This document shows, one piece after another, positions 62,140 through 64,000 of a stretch of 64,000 nt of DNA (its first letter is position 1; each line of letters starts with the position of its first letter). The notes below the pieces were generated by a model. That model saw only the letters and a program-made list of their open reading frames with translations, was not told the DNA's origin and searched no databases. The translations under genes and the position numbers were made by a program. Where the stretch lies: assembly GCF_964355755.1 (NCBI RefSeq), contig NC_092680.1:21027045-21091044 (forward strand), written 5' to 3'. The DNA comes from Antedon mediterranea (Eukaryota > Animalia > Echinodermata).

Positions 62140-64000
62140 TGTGTGATCTTATTTGTATGTTGTATGAGTTCTTTTATTTGTAAGTTGTATGTGTTCATTT
62201 ATTTGTATACTGTCTGTGTTCATTTAATTGTATGTTGTATGTGTTCATTTATTTGTATGTTGTATGTGTTCATTTATTTGTATGTTGTATGAGTTCATTT
62301 ATTTGTATGTTGTATGTGTTCATTTATTTGTATACTGTCTGTGTTCATTTAATTGTATGTTGTATGAGTTCATTTATTTGTATACTGTATGTGTTCATTT
62401 ATTTGTATGTTGTATGTGTTCATTTATTTGTATACTGTATGTGTTCATTTATTTGTAAGTTGTATGAGTTCATTTATTTGTATACTGTATGTGTTCATTT
62501 ATTTGTATGTTGTATGAGTTCATTTATTTGTATACTGTATGTGTTCATTTATTTGTATGTTGTATGTGTTCATTTATTTGTATGCTGTATGTGTTCATTT
62601 ATTTGTATGTTGTATGAGTTCATTTATTTGTATACTGTATGTGTTCATTTATTTGTATGTTGTATGAGTTCATTTATTTGTATACTGTATGTGTTCATTT
62701 ATTTGTATGTTGTATGAGTTCATTTATTTGTATACTGTATGTGTTCATTTATTTGTATGTTGTATGAGTTCTTTTATTTGTAAGTTGTATGAGTTCTTTT
62801 ATTTGTATGTTGTATGAGTTCTTTTATTTGTAAGTTGTATGTGTTCATTTATTTGTATGTTGTATGTGTTCATTTATTTGTATGTTGTATGTGTTCATTT
62901 ATTTGTATACTGTATGTGTTCATTTATTTGTATGTTGTATGTGTTCATTTATTTGTATGTTGTATGAGTTCTTTTATTTGTATGTTGTATGAGTTCTTTT
63001 ATTTGTAAGTTGTATGTGTTCATTTATTTGTATGTTGTATGTGTTCATTTATTTGTATGTTGTATGAGTTCATTTATTTGTATACTGTATGTGTTCATTT
63101 ATTTGTATGTTGTATGAGTTCATTTATTTGTATGTTGTATGTGTTCATTTATTTGTATGTTGTATGAGTTCATTTATTTGTATACTGTATGTGTTCATTT
63201 ATTTGTATGTTGTATGAGTTCATTTATTTGTATGTTGTATGTGTTCATTTATTTGTATGTTGTATGAGTTCATTTATTTGTATACTGTATGAGTTCATTT
63301 ATTTGTATGTTGTATGTGTTCATTTATTTGTAAGTTGTATGTGTTCATTTATTTGTATGTTGTATGTGTTCATTTATTTGTATGTTGTATGAGTTCATTT
63401 ATTTGTATACTGTATGTGTTCATTTATTTGTATGTTGTATGTGTTCATTTATTTGTATGTTGTATGAGTTCATTTATTTGTATACTGTATGTGTTCATTT
63501 ATTTGTATGTTGTATGTGTTCATTTATTTGTATACTGTATGTGTTCATTTATTTGTATGCTGTATGTGTTCATTTATTTGTAAGTTGTATGAGTTCATTT
63601 ATTTGTATACTGTATGTGTTCATTTATTTGTATGTTGTATGAGTTCATTTATTTGTATACTGTATGTGTTCATTTATTTGTATGTTGTATGAGTTCATTT
63701 ATTTGTATACTGTATGTGTTCATTTATTTGTATGCTGTATGTGTTCATTTATTTGTAAGTTGTATGAGTTCATTTATTTGTATACTGTATGTGTTCATTT
63801 ATTTGTATGTTGTATGTGTTCATTTATTTGTATGCTGTATGTGTTCATTTATTTATATACTGTATGTGTTCATTTATTTGTATGTTGTATGAGTTCCTTT
63901 ATTTGTATACTGTATGTGTTCATTTATTTGTATGTTGTATGTGTTCATTTATTTGTATGTTGTATGTGTTCATTTATTTGTATACTGTATGTGTTCATTT
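62140..64000. repeat. 25-bp tandem satellite (TGTATGTGTTCATTTATTTGTATGT) in a DHX36 intron, running off the window end
   Basis: More than 70 copies. All ORFs from 62228 to 63892 are translations of it. Confidence 0.97.

Noticed and set aside
62228-63892. Cys/hydrophobic repeat ORFs
   Set aside because: Translations of a 25-bp intronic satellite in rotating frames.

Overview
AT-rich, intron-containing animal genomic DNA, probably from a marine invertebrate. An echinoderm is my guess from the repeat families, but this is not proven. There are no prokaryotic features. Gene content, left to right: (1) a spliced MS4A/CD20-like gene that appears to join two tetraspan modules plus a Gln/Met/Pro repeat tail in one ORF (7932-14671, +); (2) a nested satellite/LINE block (15-21.7 kb); (3) a Lys-rich single-pass metadherin/LYRIC-like gene (-); (4) a tandem cluster of five BIR-domain (IAP-family) genes with uninterrupted coding regions at 33.8-47 kb; (5) TMEM214 (-); (6) the 3' end of DHX36 (-), whose intron holds a 25-bp satellite. 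The standout is in the BIR cluster. Next to a canonical BIR-BIR-UBA-RING IAP are chimeric genes in which the IAP N-terminal BIR domains are fused in frame to a LINE retrotransposon ORF1p module (coiled coil + RRM + CTD) in place of the UBA-RING, with no ORF2 following. There are two open copies, one frameshifted copy and one scrambled relic. The cluster also holds a single-BIR protein with a RHIM-like motif and shares an E-box / 5'UTR intron / NF-kB-like promoter layout. All calls come from reading the sequence and ORF track by eye; no database searches were run.
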